Assembly (NCBI GenBank): GCA_002897775.1 | Contig: BDTR01000025.1 | Span: 454-64,453, forward strand | Direction of reading: 5' to 3' | Source: a bacterium BMS3Bbin08 | GTDB lineage: Bacteria > Nitrospirota > Thermodesulfovibrionia > UBA6902 > BMS3Bbin08 | Length of the DNA stretch: 64,000 bases | The notes under the pieces: model-generated | Seen by the model: only the letters and a program-made list of their open reading frames with translations | Databases searched by the model: none | What the model was told of the DNA's origin: nothing | Shown here: positions 10,374-19,737 of the stretch, piece by piece | Position numbering within the stretch: the first letter of the stretch is position 1 | Layout of the letters: the number at the start of each line of letters is the position of its first letter | Made by a program: the position numbers and the translations under genes

Positions 10374-11738
10374 ATGGCAAAGATCCTTGTTGTAGAAGAC
10401 AAAGACTCAATGGCGCAGATGCTGAAGCAGACCCTTGAACTTGACGGTTTTGAGGTTGTAATTGCCAGGGACGGGGCGGAAGGGATAAAAAGGGTCAGGG
10501 ACACCAAGGTCGATGTAGTACTTACCGACCTAAAGCTGCCGAAAAAAAACGGGCTTGAGGTGCTTAAGGCGTCAAAGGAAGAAAACCCGCTGAACCAGGT
10601 GATCGTCATGACCGCGTTCGGATCGATCGAGACGGCGGTTAATGCCATGAAACTGGGCGCCTATGATTTTATTACAAAGCCGCTGGATACAGACCACCTG
10701 CTAATGCTTATTAAAAGGTCTCTTGAGAACCAGCGGCTGATAACAGAGAATATGCTGCTCAGGAACGAGCTTTCGCAGCATCTGGGCATGCCCAGAATAA
10801 TCGGGAAAAGCCGCCTGATGCTTGAGGTCGGCGAAAACATCCAGAAAGTAGCTGTCACAAAGACAACGGTTCTTCTTCTCGGGGAATCAGGCACGGGCAA
10901 AGAGCTGTTCGCAAGGGCGATACATTTTCTGAGTCCGCGTAAAGATCATCCCTTCGTAGCCATAAACTGCGCCGCCATACCCAGGGAACTCCTTGAGCCA
11001 GAACTGTTCGGTTATGAAAAGGGCGCTTTTACCGGGGCCGAAGAGAAAAAACTCGGGAAGTTTGAACTTGCTGACAGGGGGACCATATTCCTTGATGAAG
11101 TCGGCGAGATGGATATGTCCCTGCAGTCAAAATTATTAAGAAGCCTTCAGGAAGGTGAAATAGAAAGGGTCGGGGGCACGGGCACTATCAAGGTAGATAT
11201 CCGGATAATTGCTGCCAGCAACAAAGACCTTAAAGCCGGCGTAGCCGACAGGTCCTTCCGTGAAGACCTTTATTACAGGCTGAGCGTTTTCCCTGTCATT
11301 ATCCCCCCCCTTAGGGAAAGAAAGCCGGACATCCCTGCACTTGCCGAGCATTTCATAGCCAAATGCGCGGCAGAAATGAAAATAGGGCAGAAGAAAATAT
11401 CGCCCGGCGCGATGGATATCTTAAGGTCTTATTTGTGGAAAGGTAATGTCAGGGAACTTGAAAATGTTCTGGAAAGGGCGCTTATTCTGTGTGAAGGAGA
11501 TACTATTACACCGGAGTACCTCAGGTTAAGCCCTCTGGACACGGGACAGGCAGCAGAGCAGGATATCCCTATGGACGGCACCCTTGATGATACCGCAAAG
11601 GCCGCGCTCAGGAAGGCTGAATCAAGGAGAATAAAAAAGGCCCTTGACACCACCGCGGGCAACAAAAGCAGGGCCGCGGAACTGCTCAAAGTCAGCTATA
11701 AAACCATCCTCACCAAGATCAAGGAATACAACATATAA
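10374..11738 (+). CDS. sigma54-dependent response regulator (NtrC family: REC + AAA+ + Fis-type HTH)
   Basis: ILVVEDK...D phosphoacceptor region, Walker A GESGTGKE, GAFTGA loop, C-terminal HTH. I prefer the ATG at 10374 to the TTG at 10365. It abuts the gatB stop. Confidence 0.9.
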   Translation: MAKILVVEDKDSMAQMLKQTLELDGFEVVIARDGAEGIKRVRDTKVDVVLTDLKLPKKNGLEVLKASKEENPLNQVIVMTAFGSIETAVNAMKLGAYDFITKPLDTDHLLMLIKRSLENQRLITENMLLRNELSQHLGMPRIIGKSRLMLEVGENIQKVAVTKTTVLLLGESGTGKELFARAIHFLSPRKDHPFVAINCAAIPRELLEPELFGYEKGAFTGAEEKKLGKFELADRGTIFLDEVGEMDMSLQSKLLRSLQEGEIERVGGTGTIKVDIRIIAASNKDLKAGVADRSFREDLYYRLSVFPVIIPPLRERKPDIPALAEHFIAKCAAEMKIGQKKISPGAMDILRSYLWKGNVRELENVLERALILCEGDTITPEYLRLSPLDTGQAAEQDIPMDGTLDDTAKAALRKAESRRIKKALDTTAGNKSRAAELLKVSYKTILTKIKEYNI

Positions 11739-11748
11739 ATTTTAAATC

Positions 11749-11849
11749 CCTGCCTGCCGGTTTACCCGCCTTGTAGTGTGGCGGGCAGGCAGGCGAATAT
11801 CGAAACACTAAATACATCCTCCGTAGTCCCGAAACATCGGGACGGAGGA
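11749..11849. repeat. REP-like composite element, copy 1 (GGCAGGCAGG palindrome plus GTCCCGAAACATCGGGAC hairpin)
   Basis: cctgcctgcc (11749-58) pairs with ggcaggcagg (11784-93). A second hairpin is tcctccgt...acggagga (11817-49). The same words occur in the same order at 37945-38070. Confidence 0.65.
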
Positions 11850-11948
11850 CGGGCAATATCAAATTACCAAAATACAAATTCATAAACAAGACATGATCGC
11901 GCAGATCCTTATATACTCAAGAAATTCTGGTATTTTTTTAGGAATTTC

Positions 11949-12923
11949 ATGAGAGCTCTTATTACAGGAGCATCCGGTTTTATCGGGAGCCACCTTACAG
12001 AAAAACTCCTCAGAAAAGGCTTTGAGACAGACTGTCTTACGAGAAACACGGCCAACCCGGGCTGGCTTAAAGATCTCGACGTAAATCTTATCCAGGGAGA
12101 CTGCTCTGACGAAAATTTCCTTTTTAACCATGTGAGAAACTATGATTATATTTTCCATTTGTCCGGCCTGACGAAGACCAGCTCTCCTGATGATTTTTAT
12201 TCAGTAAATTTCAACGGAGCTGAAAATATTATAAACGCGGTCGTCAGGAAAAACCCTAATATAAAGAGATTTGTTTATTTAAGCAGTCTGTCGGCTTTCG
12301 GCCCGAGGGTTAACAACAAAATGCCGACAGAGGACCAGGAACCGCTGCCTGTTTCGCACTATGGAAAGAGCAAATTGAAAGGTGAAGGTGCTGTCCTCAG
12401 GCACAGTGATATAATACCCGTATCAATACTCAGGCCTTCTGCTGTATACGGGCCAAGGGACAGGGAGATATTCCTGCTTTTCAAGTGCGTAAAAAAGGGG
12501 CTGTTCCCGTATTGGGGGAAAGGCAGCACGTCCATGATCTATGTGGATGACCTTATAACCGCGATCGTAGCTGCCGCGGAGAGCGATAATGCCGTTGGCA
12601 GGACCTATTTTATTTCTGACGGCGCTGTATATACTAACGAAAATATTGTAAAGGAAATGGCGTCTGTTCTTGGTGTCATGCCGTTAAAAATAAAGGTCCC
12701 AAGGTCTTTTTTGCCGGCAATTGGATTTTTTGGAGAAAAAATTAGTAAAATTGTGGGAACAAACACCATGATCAACAGAGACAAAATAAAAGAACTCATG
12801 TATACTGACTGGATATGTGACATAACCAGAGCAAGGAACGAGCTTTCATTCGAGCCAAAAGTAGGCATAAAAGAAGGGATAAAATGGACCGCAGACTGGT
12901 ACAAAATTCACAAATGGCTGTAA
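11949..12923 (+). CDS. NAD(P)-dependent epimerase/dehydratase-family (extended SDR) reductase
   Basis: 324 aa. N-terminal Rossmann motif ITGASGFIGSHL and catalytic YGKSK. Confidence 0.8.
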   Translation: MRALITGASGFIGSHLTEKLLRKGFETDCLTRNTANPGWLKDLDVNLIQGDCSDENFLFNHVRNYDYIFHLSGLTKTSSPDDFYSVNFNGAENIINAVVRKNPNIKRFVYLSSLSAFGPRVNNKMPTEDQEPLPVSHYGKSKLKGEGAVLRHSDIIPVSILRPSAVYGPRDREIFLLFKCVKKGLFPYWGKGSTSMIYVDDLITAIVAAAESDNAVGRTYFISDGAVYTNENIVKEMASVLGVMPLKIKVPRSFLPAIGFFGEKISKIVGTNTMINRDKIKELMYTDWICDITRARNELSFEPKVGIKEGIKWTADWYKIHKWL

Positions 12924-14110
12924 AAAAACGAGCGGATATCTTTGAGAAGTGTTACAGGTACACCACTGTAAAGAACATGATAGCTGCGGATATCTATCCT
13001 TATTTCCGGACAATAGAAAGCGCCCAAGACCCCGAGGTAGTTGTCGACGGCAAAAAAATGATAATGATAGGCTCCAACAATTACCTGGGGCTTACGAGCC
13101 ATCCAAGTGTAAAAGAAGCGGCGATCGACGCACTGAAAAAATACGGATCCGGCTGCGCCGGATCAAGGTTCCTGAACGGCACACTGGATATTCATGTTGA
13201 TCTGGAAGCAAAACTGGCGCGTTTTATGAGAAAACAGGCGGCGCTTATCTTTTCCACCGGCTATCAGACCAACCTGGGTGTCATATCGGCAATTGCTGGC
13301 AGGGATGACGTGCTTCTTATCGATAAAATGGACCATGCCAGCATAATCGACGGGTGCAGACTTTCTTTCGGCGAAGCCAAGAAATTCAGGCATAACGACA
13401 TGGAAGACCTTGAAAGGCTCCTTCAGCAATACAGCAACAAAGGCAAGTTAATAGTGGTTGACGGGGTTTTCAGCATGGAGGGTGATATCGTCAACCTGCC
13501 GGAGGTCGTAAAACTCGCGAAAAAATACGACGCCAGGGTAATGGTGGATGATGCACATGGCATAGGCGTACTTGGCAATACCGGACGCGGCACAGCCGAA
13601 CATTTCGGCCTTGAGGACGAGGTCGACCTCATTATGGGCACATATTCCAAATCTCTGGCGTCTATCGGAGGTTTCATCGCGGCTTCTGAAGAAGTGATCC
13701 ATTATATAAAGCATATTGCAAGATCCCTGATGTTCAGTGCCAGCCCCCCTCCGGCGTCTGTTGCTTCTGTCAGCGCGGCGATCGACATTATTGAAAAAGA
13801 ACCGGAGCGCAGGGAACGCCTGTGGCACAATACGAATAAAATGCTGGACGGGTTCAAAGGCCTCGGGTTTGATACAGGTTCGTGCCAGTCCCCTATAATA
13901 CCTGTGATCGTTGGCGATGACAAAAAAGCCTTCACAATGGCAAGAATGCTTCATGAAAGAGGCATCTTCGCGAATGTCGCGGTAAGCCCCGCAGTCCCCA
14001 GCGGCAAGGCATTAATACGCACAAGCTACATGGCCACGCATACGGATGAACAGCTTGACAAAGTGCTCAAGGCCTTTGAGGAGATCGGAAAAACCCTGGG
14101 GATCATTTAA
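12914..14110 (+). CDS. alpha-oxoamine synthase family PLP enzyme (serine palmitoyltransferase / 8-amino-7-oxononanoate synthase-like)
   Basis: GSNNYLGL, DDAHG and the PLP-lysine context GTYSKSL. The ATG at 12914 overlaps the upstream stop (ATGGCTGTAA). The ORF track offers 12884 as an alternative. Confidence 0.85.
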   Translation: MAVKKRADIFEKCYRYTTVKNMIAADIYPYFRTIESAQDPEVVVDGKKMIMIGSNNYLGLTSHPSVKEAAIDALKKYGSGCAGSRFLNGTLDIHVDLEAKLARFMRKQAALIFSTGYQTNLGVISAIAGRDDVLLIDKMDHASIIDGCRLSFGEAKKFRHNDMEDLERLLQQYSNKGKLIVVDGVFSMEGDIVNLPEVVKLAKKYDARVMVDDAHGIGVLGNTGRGTAEHFGLEDEVDLIMGTYSKSLASIGGFIAASEEVIHYIKHIARSLMFSASPPPASVASVSAAIDIIEKEPERRERLWHNTNKMLDGFKGLGFDTGSCQSPIIPVIVGDDKKAFTMARMLHERGIFANVAVSPAVPSGKALIRTSYMATHTDEQLDKVLKAFEEIGKTLGII

Positions 14111-14113
14111 CAA

Positions 14114-14148
14114 AAATTGTTGATTGCAAATTGCAAATTTTAAAATTT
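14114..14148. repeat. 7-nt periodic tandem array (AAATTGT TGATTGC AAATTGC AAATTTT AAAATTT)
   Basis: Read directly. Starts 4 nt after the stop at 14110. Confidence 0.55.
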
Positions 14149-14247
14149 AGCTTCAAAACTACAAACAAAAAATCAGGATGATCTCAGAGTACATCTAATT
14201 TAAGCAAGCGCGGAAGTTGCTTTCAGACTAATCAAGGACAAACTGAA

Positions 14248-15354
14248 TTGATCGAAGTAGTTCCTGTTACCGACAAAAGAACCTTCAATGAATTCCTGCA
14301 GTTACCTTTCAAATTGTATTCTAAGGACTCTCTGTGGGTGCCGCCTCTTCTTAAGGATATAAAAGATCAGTTCGCCCCTGAAAACCCATTTTTCAAACAC
14401 GCGCAAATAGCGTCATTCATCGCAAAGTCCGGCGGAAAAACAGTCGGCAGAATAACGGCCATACATAATGAGGCTCACATCGATTTCTCGCGCGAAAAAG
14501 CCGGTTTTTTCGGTTTTTTTGATTGTGTAGATGAAATATCCGCGGCATTGCCGCTTATTGAAAAGGCAAGGCAGTGGCTTAAACAAAAGGGCATGGTCGT
14601 GCTTAGGGGGCCTATGAATTTCTCTTCAAATGAAGAGTGGGGTTCTCTCATAGAAGGTTTTGACGAATCTCCCATGATCATGATGCCGTATAATTTCCCA
14701 TACTATAAGGACTTATTCGAAAACTGCGGACTCACCAAGGCAAAGGACCTGTTTGCCTACATAATAGATATCCCTGACAAACTCCCTGAAAAAACCTACA
14801 GGGTCGCTTCCATCGCTGAAAAGCACGGGGTAAAAGTAAGGCCTTTGAACATCAAGGCGTTTGATGAAGAGATGGCGACATTTAAAAGCATTTATAATTC
14901 CGCGTGGGGGAAAAACTGGGGTTTTATCCCCATGACTGACGAAGAGATCGATCATATGGCTGAGAAACTGAAACCGATAATAATACCTGATCTCACGCTG
15001 ATAGCTGAATGCGACGGAGAGGCGGCCGGCTTTATGATGCTCCTGCCTGACTTTAACTTCGCCCTTAAGAAGCTAAACGGACGATTGTTCCCGTTCGGCA
15101 TATTCAAAGCGCTATGGTATTCCAGACGAATAAAGGACCTTCGCATTCTGCTGCTCGGGGTAAAGGAAAAATACAGAAGACGCGGGGTTGATGCTTTTAT
15201 GTTCATAGAAGGCCTGAAAACCATCAAAAAACTCGGATACAAAAGAGCCGAATTTTCCTGGATCCTGGAAGACAACTATCCTGTCCAGAAAATAATCGGG
15301 ATGGCAGGCGGAAGACTGTATAAAAAATACAGAATATATGAGATTGAAATTTGA
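14248..15354 (+). CDS. GNAT-like acyltransferase-fold protein (candidate bacterial ceramide synthase-type N-acyltransferase)
   Basis: 368 aa. I recognise the roughly 370-aa family usually annotated as GNAT N-acetyltransferase (GFFGFFD, LGVKEKYRRRGVD). TTG start taken from the ORF track. The functional assignment is inference from context. Confidence 0.55.
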   Translation: MIEVVPVTDKRTFNEFLQLPFKLYSKDSLWVPPLLKDIKDQFAPENPFFKHAQIASFIAKSGGKTVGRITAIHNEAHIDFSREKAGFFGFFDCVDEISAALPLIEKARQWLKQKGMVVLRGPMNFSSNEEWGSLIEGFDESPMIMMPYNFPYYKDLFENCGLTKAKDLFAYIIDIPDKLPEKTYRVASIAEKHGVKVRPLNIKAFDEEMATFKSIYNSAWGKNWGFIPMTDEEIDHMAEKLKPIIIPDLTLIAECDGEAAGFMMLLPDFNFALKKLNGRLFPFGIFKALWYSRRIKDLRILLLGVKEKYRRRGVDAFMFIEGLKTIKKLGYKRAEFSWILEDNYPVQKIIGMAGGRLYKKYRIYEIEI

Positions 15355-15431
15355 AACGCAGATGATCAGAGATAAAAATATACAGATGACCGCAGACAAT
15401 GGGCAAGGAAAAGAGTTGAAAGCGGTTTTCT

Positions 15432-15466
15432 CTCGCTACTCGCTACTTGCTACTCGCTACTTGCAT
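15432..15466. repeat. 7-nt tandem array (CTCGCTA CTCGCTA CTTGCTA CTCGCTA CTTGCAT)
   Basis: Read directly. Ends 10 nt before the ATG at 15477. Confidence 0.75.
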
Positions 15467-15476
15467 AGGGGATCCT

Positions 15477-16748
15477 ATGCCTAGAATAATTGCCGACCTC
15501 CACGTGCATTCAGGTTACAGCAGGGCAACGAGTAAGGATATGAACGTTGCGGTTATGGCCAGATGGGCAAAGAAAAAAGGCATAGATCTTCTGGGGACAG
15601 GGGACTTCACCCACCCTCTTCATCTCGCGGACCTGAAATCATCGCTTAAACCCGCTGGAAACGGCCTCTACACGACCCCTTCCGAACCATCGGTCTTCTT
15701 TATGCTTACGGCTGAAGTAAGCAGTATCTACTCGTATAAAGGCAGGGTCAGGAGAATTCATAATATAATAATGGCGCCGGGCATAGATGTCGCGGAAAAG
15801 ATCAACCGCGCATTGCAGAAACGCGGCGTCAATTTATCCTCGGACGGAAGGCCTATCATGGGAATACCGGCAAAAGACCTGCTGAAAATGGTGCTGGATA
15901 TATCCGGGGACTGTCTTTTTGTGCCTGCCCACGCGTGGACCCCCTGGTTCTCGATCTTTGGAAGCAAATCCGGATTTAACTCGATAGAAGAATGTTTCGA
16001 GGAGTATTCAAAACATATATATGCCATTGAGACAGGCCTTTCTTCAGACCCTGAGATGAACTGGAGACTCCCGGCCCTCGATAATATCACTTTACTGTCC
16101 AACTCAGACGCCCACTCGCCCGGCAAACTGGGAAGGGAAGCAAATGTGTTTGATTGCGGGATGGATTATTATGAGATCATGGATACGATCAGGAAAAAAG
16201 ATAAAAAACGGTTTTTATATACTGTGGAATTTTTCCCTGAAGAGGGCAAATACCATTATGACGGCCACAGGCTCTGCGACGTGCTCTTTTCCCCTTCGCA
16301 GACAAAGGAACACGCGTGCATCTGTCCGGTCTGCAAAAAACCTCTCACCGTAGGGGTTATGAACCGGGTTGATGAGCTCGCCGACAGACCTGTCGGATTT
16401 GTTCCTGAGAACGCGGTCCCCTCCAGGCACCTGGCGCCTTTAATTGAAATTATTGCCGGGACATTAAACGCGGGGGTCAACACTGTAAAGGTCAAAAGAG
16501 AATACGAAAGGATGATCTCGGCCAATACGGAGTTTGATATCCTTCTGGATATCAGTGACGCCGGACTATACGAGCTTGCCTCTGAAAATATCGCGGACGG
16601 CATTTTAAAGATGCGAAAGGGCGAAATAGATATTATCCCGGGCTATGACGGAGTGTTCGGCAGGATCTCAATACTCTCCGGGAAACCCGCGGCAGGCGAC
16701 AGAGAAAAAACAACGGCTGCCGGTCAAAAACAGGGCAGCCTGTTTTAA
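15477..16748 (+). CDS. endonuclease Q-like PHP-domain protein (TIGR00375 family)
   Basis: IADLHVHSGYSRATS, PAHAWTPWFS, LSNSDAHSP.KLGREANVF, GKYHYDGHR, the Cys knuckle CPVCKKPLTVGVMNRV, and IIPGYDGVFG. These match my recollection of Pyrococcus EndoQ. The start is moved to the ATG at 15477 because 15447-15476 is the heptamer array. Confidence 0.75.
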   Translation: MPRIIADLHVHSGYSRATSKDMNVAVMARWAKKKGIDLLGTGDFTHPLHLADLKSSLKPAGNGLYTTPSEPSVFFMLTAEVSSIYSYKGRVRRIHNIIMAPGIDVAEKINRALQKRGVNLSSDGRPIMGIPAKDLLKMVLDISGDCLFVPAHAWTPWFSIFGSKSGFNSIEECFEEYSKHIYAIETGLSSDPEMNWRLPALDNITLLSNSDAHSPGKLGREANVFDCGMDYYEIMDTIRKKDKKRFLYTVEFFPEEGKYHYDGHRLCDVLFSPSQTKEHACICPVCKKPLTVGVMNRVDELADRPVGFVPENAVPSRHLAPLIEIIAGTLNAGVNTVKVKREYERMISANTEFDILLDISDAGLYELASENIADGILKMRKGEIDIIPGYDGVFGRISILSGKPAAGDREKTTAAGQKQGSLF

Positions 16749-16912
16749 AAAATACGCTCGGAATACCGATAAAACGGGCTTATCATTTTTTCTTTATTTC
16801 TTGGCGATTTATTTGTATACTTTCAGTGTCAGAGCAATGTCCATTTAGTGCCTGACAATGACCGGCAGGTGGATTTTGCCGTAAAAAAATTTCATTAACG
16901 GAGATAAAAAAA

Positions 16913-17695
16913 GTGGGGACAAGTCTTTTCAAGAAAATATTTTCGGCGATAAAAAGCGACAAGCTGGAGGACGTAGAGGCCAATATCGACGAACTGCTAA
17001 AAAATGATCCCGGCAATCCAAACCATCATGTTAAAAAGGGAGATATCTGCCAGAGGCTCGGCAAGAATAAAAAAGCGATCGGCGCTTATCACAAGGCCGC
17101 CTACATCTTCAGGGAACAGGGGTTTCTCAAAAAATCGCTTGCCATATACAAGATCATTCTCAGGCTTGATCCCGGCAATGTCATGGCAATGGACAATGCC
17201 GAACAGGCCATCCGTGAGGTCGAGTCCATTGAGGAGGAGTTTGTCCAGCCTGTTTACGTGGAAGAAACTCAAGAGGCGCCGGGTATGGCGCGGAACCCTT
17301 TTTTCAGGCCGTTCAACAGTGACGAGATCGAGCAGATACTTAACAGGGCGGAACTCAGGAACTATTCTGATACCGCGGTTATCATCAGGGAGGACGCTTC
17401 CGGGGATTCCATCTTCGCGGTAAAAGATGGAACAGCGACGGTCGTAACGTCCCTTCTTGGCAGGGATATCGAGCTCGCGACGCTCAGGACCGGGGATATT
17501 TTTGGAGAGGTCGCGTTCCTGACAGGCAGGGCCAGAACCGCTTCGGTCATTGCAAAGGGAGACCTTACGGTACACGAACTCAAAAGACCTCTTCTGGAGG
17601 AGATGCTGGAAAGAAAGCCCGAGATCATGGAATATCTTAATGAAATATATAACCTGAGATCAAAAGGCAGGGAAGACAAGATAAAAAATGTATGA
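16913..17695 (+). CDS. TPR-like plus cyclic-nucleotide-binding (CAP-effector) domain protein
   Basis: 260 aa. The C-terminal half carries FGEVAFLTGRARTASVIA, typical of a cNMP-binding domain. GTG start with ggag upstream. Confidence 0.8.
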   Translation: MGTSLFKKIFSAIKSDKLEDVEANIDELLKNDPGNPNHHVKKGDICQRLGKNKKAIGAYHKAAYIFREQGFLKKSLAIYKIILRLDPGNVMAMDNAEQAIREVESIEEEFVQPVYVEETQEAPGMARNPFFRPFNSDEIEQILNRAELRNYSDTAVIIREDASGDSIFAVKDGTATVVTSLLGRDIELATLRTGDIFGEVAFLTGRARTASVIAKGDLTVHELKRPLLEEMLERKPEIMEYLNEIYNLRSKGREDKIKNV

Positions 17696-17717
17696 ATTCA
17701 TTCATAAGGTCCGGCCT

Positions 17718-19691
17718 TTACTTTTCCCTGTGACGCACAATCTTATCTTTTTCAGGCTCTGTTATAGTTGATTCAGAACCATGGTCCAGGGACTTCACCT
17801 CATATATACTTATCGGCTGTTCCTTGCCTTTGACTATGACCCTTTCCAGCCCTTTAACTGACAGGTGCGAAATAGCGCCGGATGTCACAAGATCCTTGAT
17901 CCTGTTCTTGGTAAATTCCGTGATCAGGATGCGGGTATTGTACTTCTTGGTCAGGCCCTCTACCCTTGCTCCAAGATTTACATGGTCCCCGATGACCGTA
18001 TAGTCCATTTTTTTACCTTCAGCGCCTATATTTCCAACTATAACTTCCCCGGAATTTATGCCTATCCCGGCATTAAGGACGGGCTTGCCCTCTGCCTGCC
18101 ATTTCCGCTGGAGATCGTCAAGTTCCTGAGACATATTAAGCGCGCACCTCAAGGCAAGCTCCGCGTGATTATCCTGTCTCATGGGAGCGCCCCAGAAGGC
18201 AAGTATCTCGTCTCCCACAAACTTGTCAAGAGTGCCCTCCCACCTGAAAATAACATCCGTCATCTCCGCGAGGTATTCATTCAGCATATGGACAACCTCC
18301 TCAGGTGAATGTTTTTCCGAAAAAGTCGTAAAACCCCTTATATCGGAAAACAATACGGTTATATCCCTTCTCTCGCCGCCCAGCCTTGCCATGTCAGGGT
18401 TCTTCATCAACTCATTGACGACCCTTTCAGTGACATAGCTGGAAAATATCTTCCTGACATGCCTGGCGCTTTTTTCTTCGATAAAATACCTGTAGCTTAT
18501 TATAAAAGTGCCTTCTGTCATCAGGGTATAGATGGGATATATGTAATTAACCCTGACACCATGGAACGAAAAGAGAAACTGGTTCGCGGCCATCACGGAT
18601 AAAGTTAAGATCACGTACCAGTTAAATGACCTGACCGCGCTTTGCTTAATGCTCATCAGCAGGCCGAGTATGCCGACCACGATCACAACAAGCACATTGA
18701 CGTAATCAGGGGCCGGAGTAATGAAATTTCTCTTAATTATGTTGGAAACGACGGTTGCGTTCTTTTCAACGCCGGGCATGATCGCTGAAAAAGGCGTGAT
18801 CTTTGTGTCAAAGGTAGCTATGGCAGACGTTCCGATAAACACAACTTTATCCCTGAAGGCGCCTTCCGGCAGGCGGCCTGACAGGACATCCGAGGCATGT
18901 ATGGACGTTATGCTCCCCTGCTTGCCGATGTAGTTAACGTCAACCCGGCCGAATTTATCAGTGGGAATGAACAGCCCGTCAAGCTCAACTCCGGCCCCGC
19001 CTATAATTTTTATACTATCAAGGGGAAGTCCTTTGTAAATGCGCGCTGCCTGAAGGGCCAGCGAAGGGAAATACTCGTCCCCGTATTTAATATAAAGGCT
19101 TTCCTTCCTCAGTTTTCCATCCCTGTCAGGCGGTGAAACTACATGCCCGTATGTCGCGGGGCCTGTCAGGGGGCCCTCCTCCGGAAGAAACACTTTATAC
19201 GCTTCATAAGCATTCAGAAAGCTCTGGTTTTCTATCTTCCGAATAGCGTTGTCATAGAGAACGTCCTCGATTTCACCTTCGAATTTTTTACCCTCTTTGA
19301 CTCCAAACGTAAGGGCCACCACAAGCCTGTCTTTATACCTGCTGAACACATCGGCAAGCGCCCTGTCATATTCCGGGTCTTTAGGGTCGGAATAAAAGAT
19401 ATCCAGCGCAACGGCCTTAGGCCCGTACCTGAACACCTTTTCAACAAGCTCTGCCTGAAGTTTCCTGTCCCACTGCCATCCGCCGTATTCTTTGATGCTC
19501 GGCTCATCAATCAGGACTAACTGTACATCAGCAGGTATTGGAGGCGGGGAAATAAGGTTTCTGATCTTAAACCTGTAGTCAACGAACAGCGCTTCCACGT
19601 ATTCGTCAATGACCGAGGGATTTATGATGGTGAGCCAGACAAAGGCAAGGGTTATCAGCAGAGGAACAATTATAATTATTTTTCCGCTCAA
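17718..19691 (-). CDS. CHASE2 sensor-domain class III adenylate/guanylate cyclase
   Basis: 657 aa. N-terminal TM segment, a periplasmic domain of about 300 aa, three TM segments, then a cyclase domain (VLFSDIRGFT..., FVGDEILAFWGAP, GINSGEVIVGNIG). Confidence 0.9.
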   Translation of the reverse strand: MSGKIIIIVPLLITLAFVWLTIINPSVIDEYVEALFVDYRFKIRNLISPPPIPADVQLVLIDEPSIKEYGGWQWDRKLQAELVEKVFRYGPKAVALDIFYSDPKDPEYDRALADVFSRYKDRLVVALTFGVKEGKKFEGEIEDVLYDNAIRKIENQSFLNAYEAYKVFLPEEGPLTGPATYGHVVSPPDRDGKLRKESLYIKYGDEYFPSLALQAARIYKGLPLDSIKIIGGAGVELDGLFIPTDKFGRVDVNYIGKQGSITSIHASDVLSGRLPEGAFRDKVVFIGTSAIATFDTKITPFSAIMPGVEKNATVVSNIIKRNFITPAPDYVNVLVVIVVGILGLLMSIKQSAVRSFNWYVILTLSVMAANQFLFSFHGVRVNYIYPIYTLMTEGTFIISYRYFIEEKSARHVRKIFSSYVTERVVNELMKNPDMARLGGERRDITVLFSDIRGFTTFSEKHSPEEVVHMLNEYLAEMTDVIFRWEGTLDKFVGDEILAFWGAPMRQDNHAELALRCALNMSQELDDLQRKWQAEGKPVLNAGIGINSGEVIVGNIGAEGKKMDYTVIGDHVNLGARVEGLTKKYNTRILITEFTKNRIKDLVTSGAISHLSVKGLERVIVKGKEQPISIYEVKSLDHGSESTITEPEKDKIVRHREK

Positions 19692-19737
19692 ACCGGCGGT
19701 TATTCTCTTACTCAGATCGCTTATGGAAGACCTCCAC

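Noticed and set aside
15447-15476. ORF-track N-terminal extensions that run through repeat arrays: endoQ from 15447, the Gx gene from 41596, apbE from 43438.
   Set aside because: The extra codons are translations of the tandem arrays (LLATCIG, SLYSLLATRY, IPHPSSLI...). Better starts with SD sequences or signal peptides lie downstream.
16913-19691. Cyclase plus cNMP-binding protein as a Pycsar/CBASS-like antiphage signalling system.
   Set aside because: The cyclase has a CHASE2 extracytoplasmic sensor and multi-TM architecture typical of environmental signalling. The cNMP-binding protein has only a TPR-like partner domain and no effector (TIR, TM-pore, nuclease). No other defence hallmarks are present.
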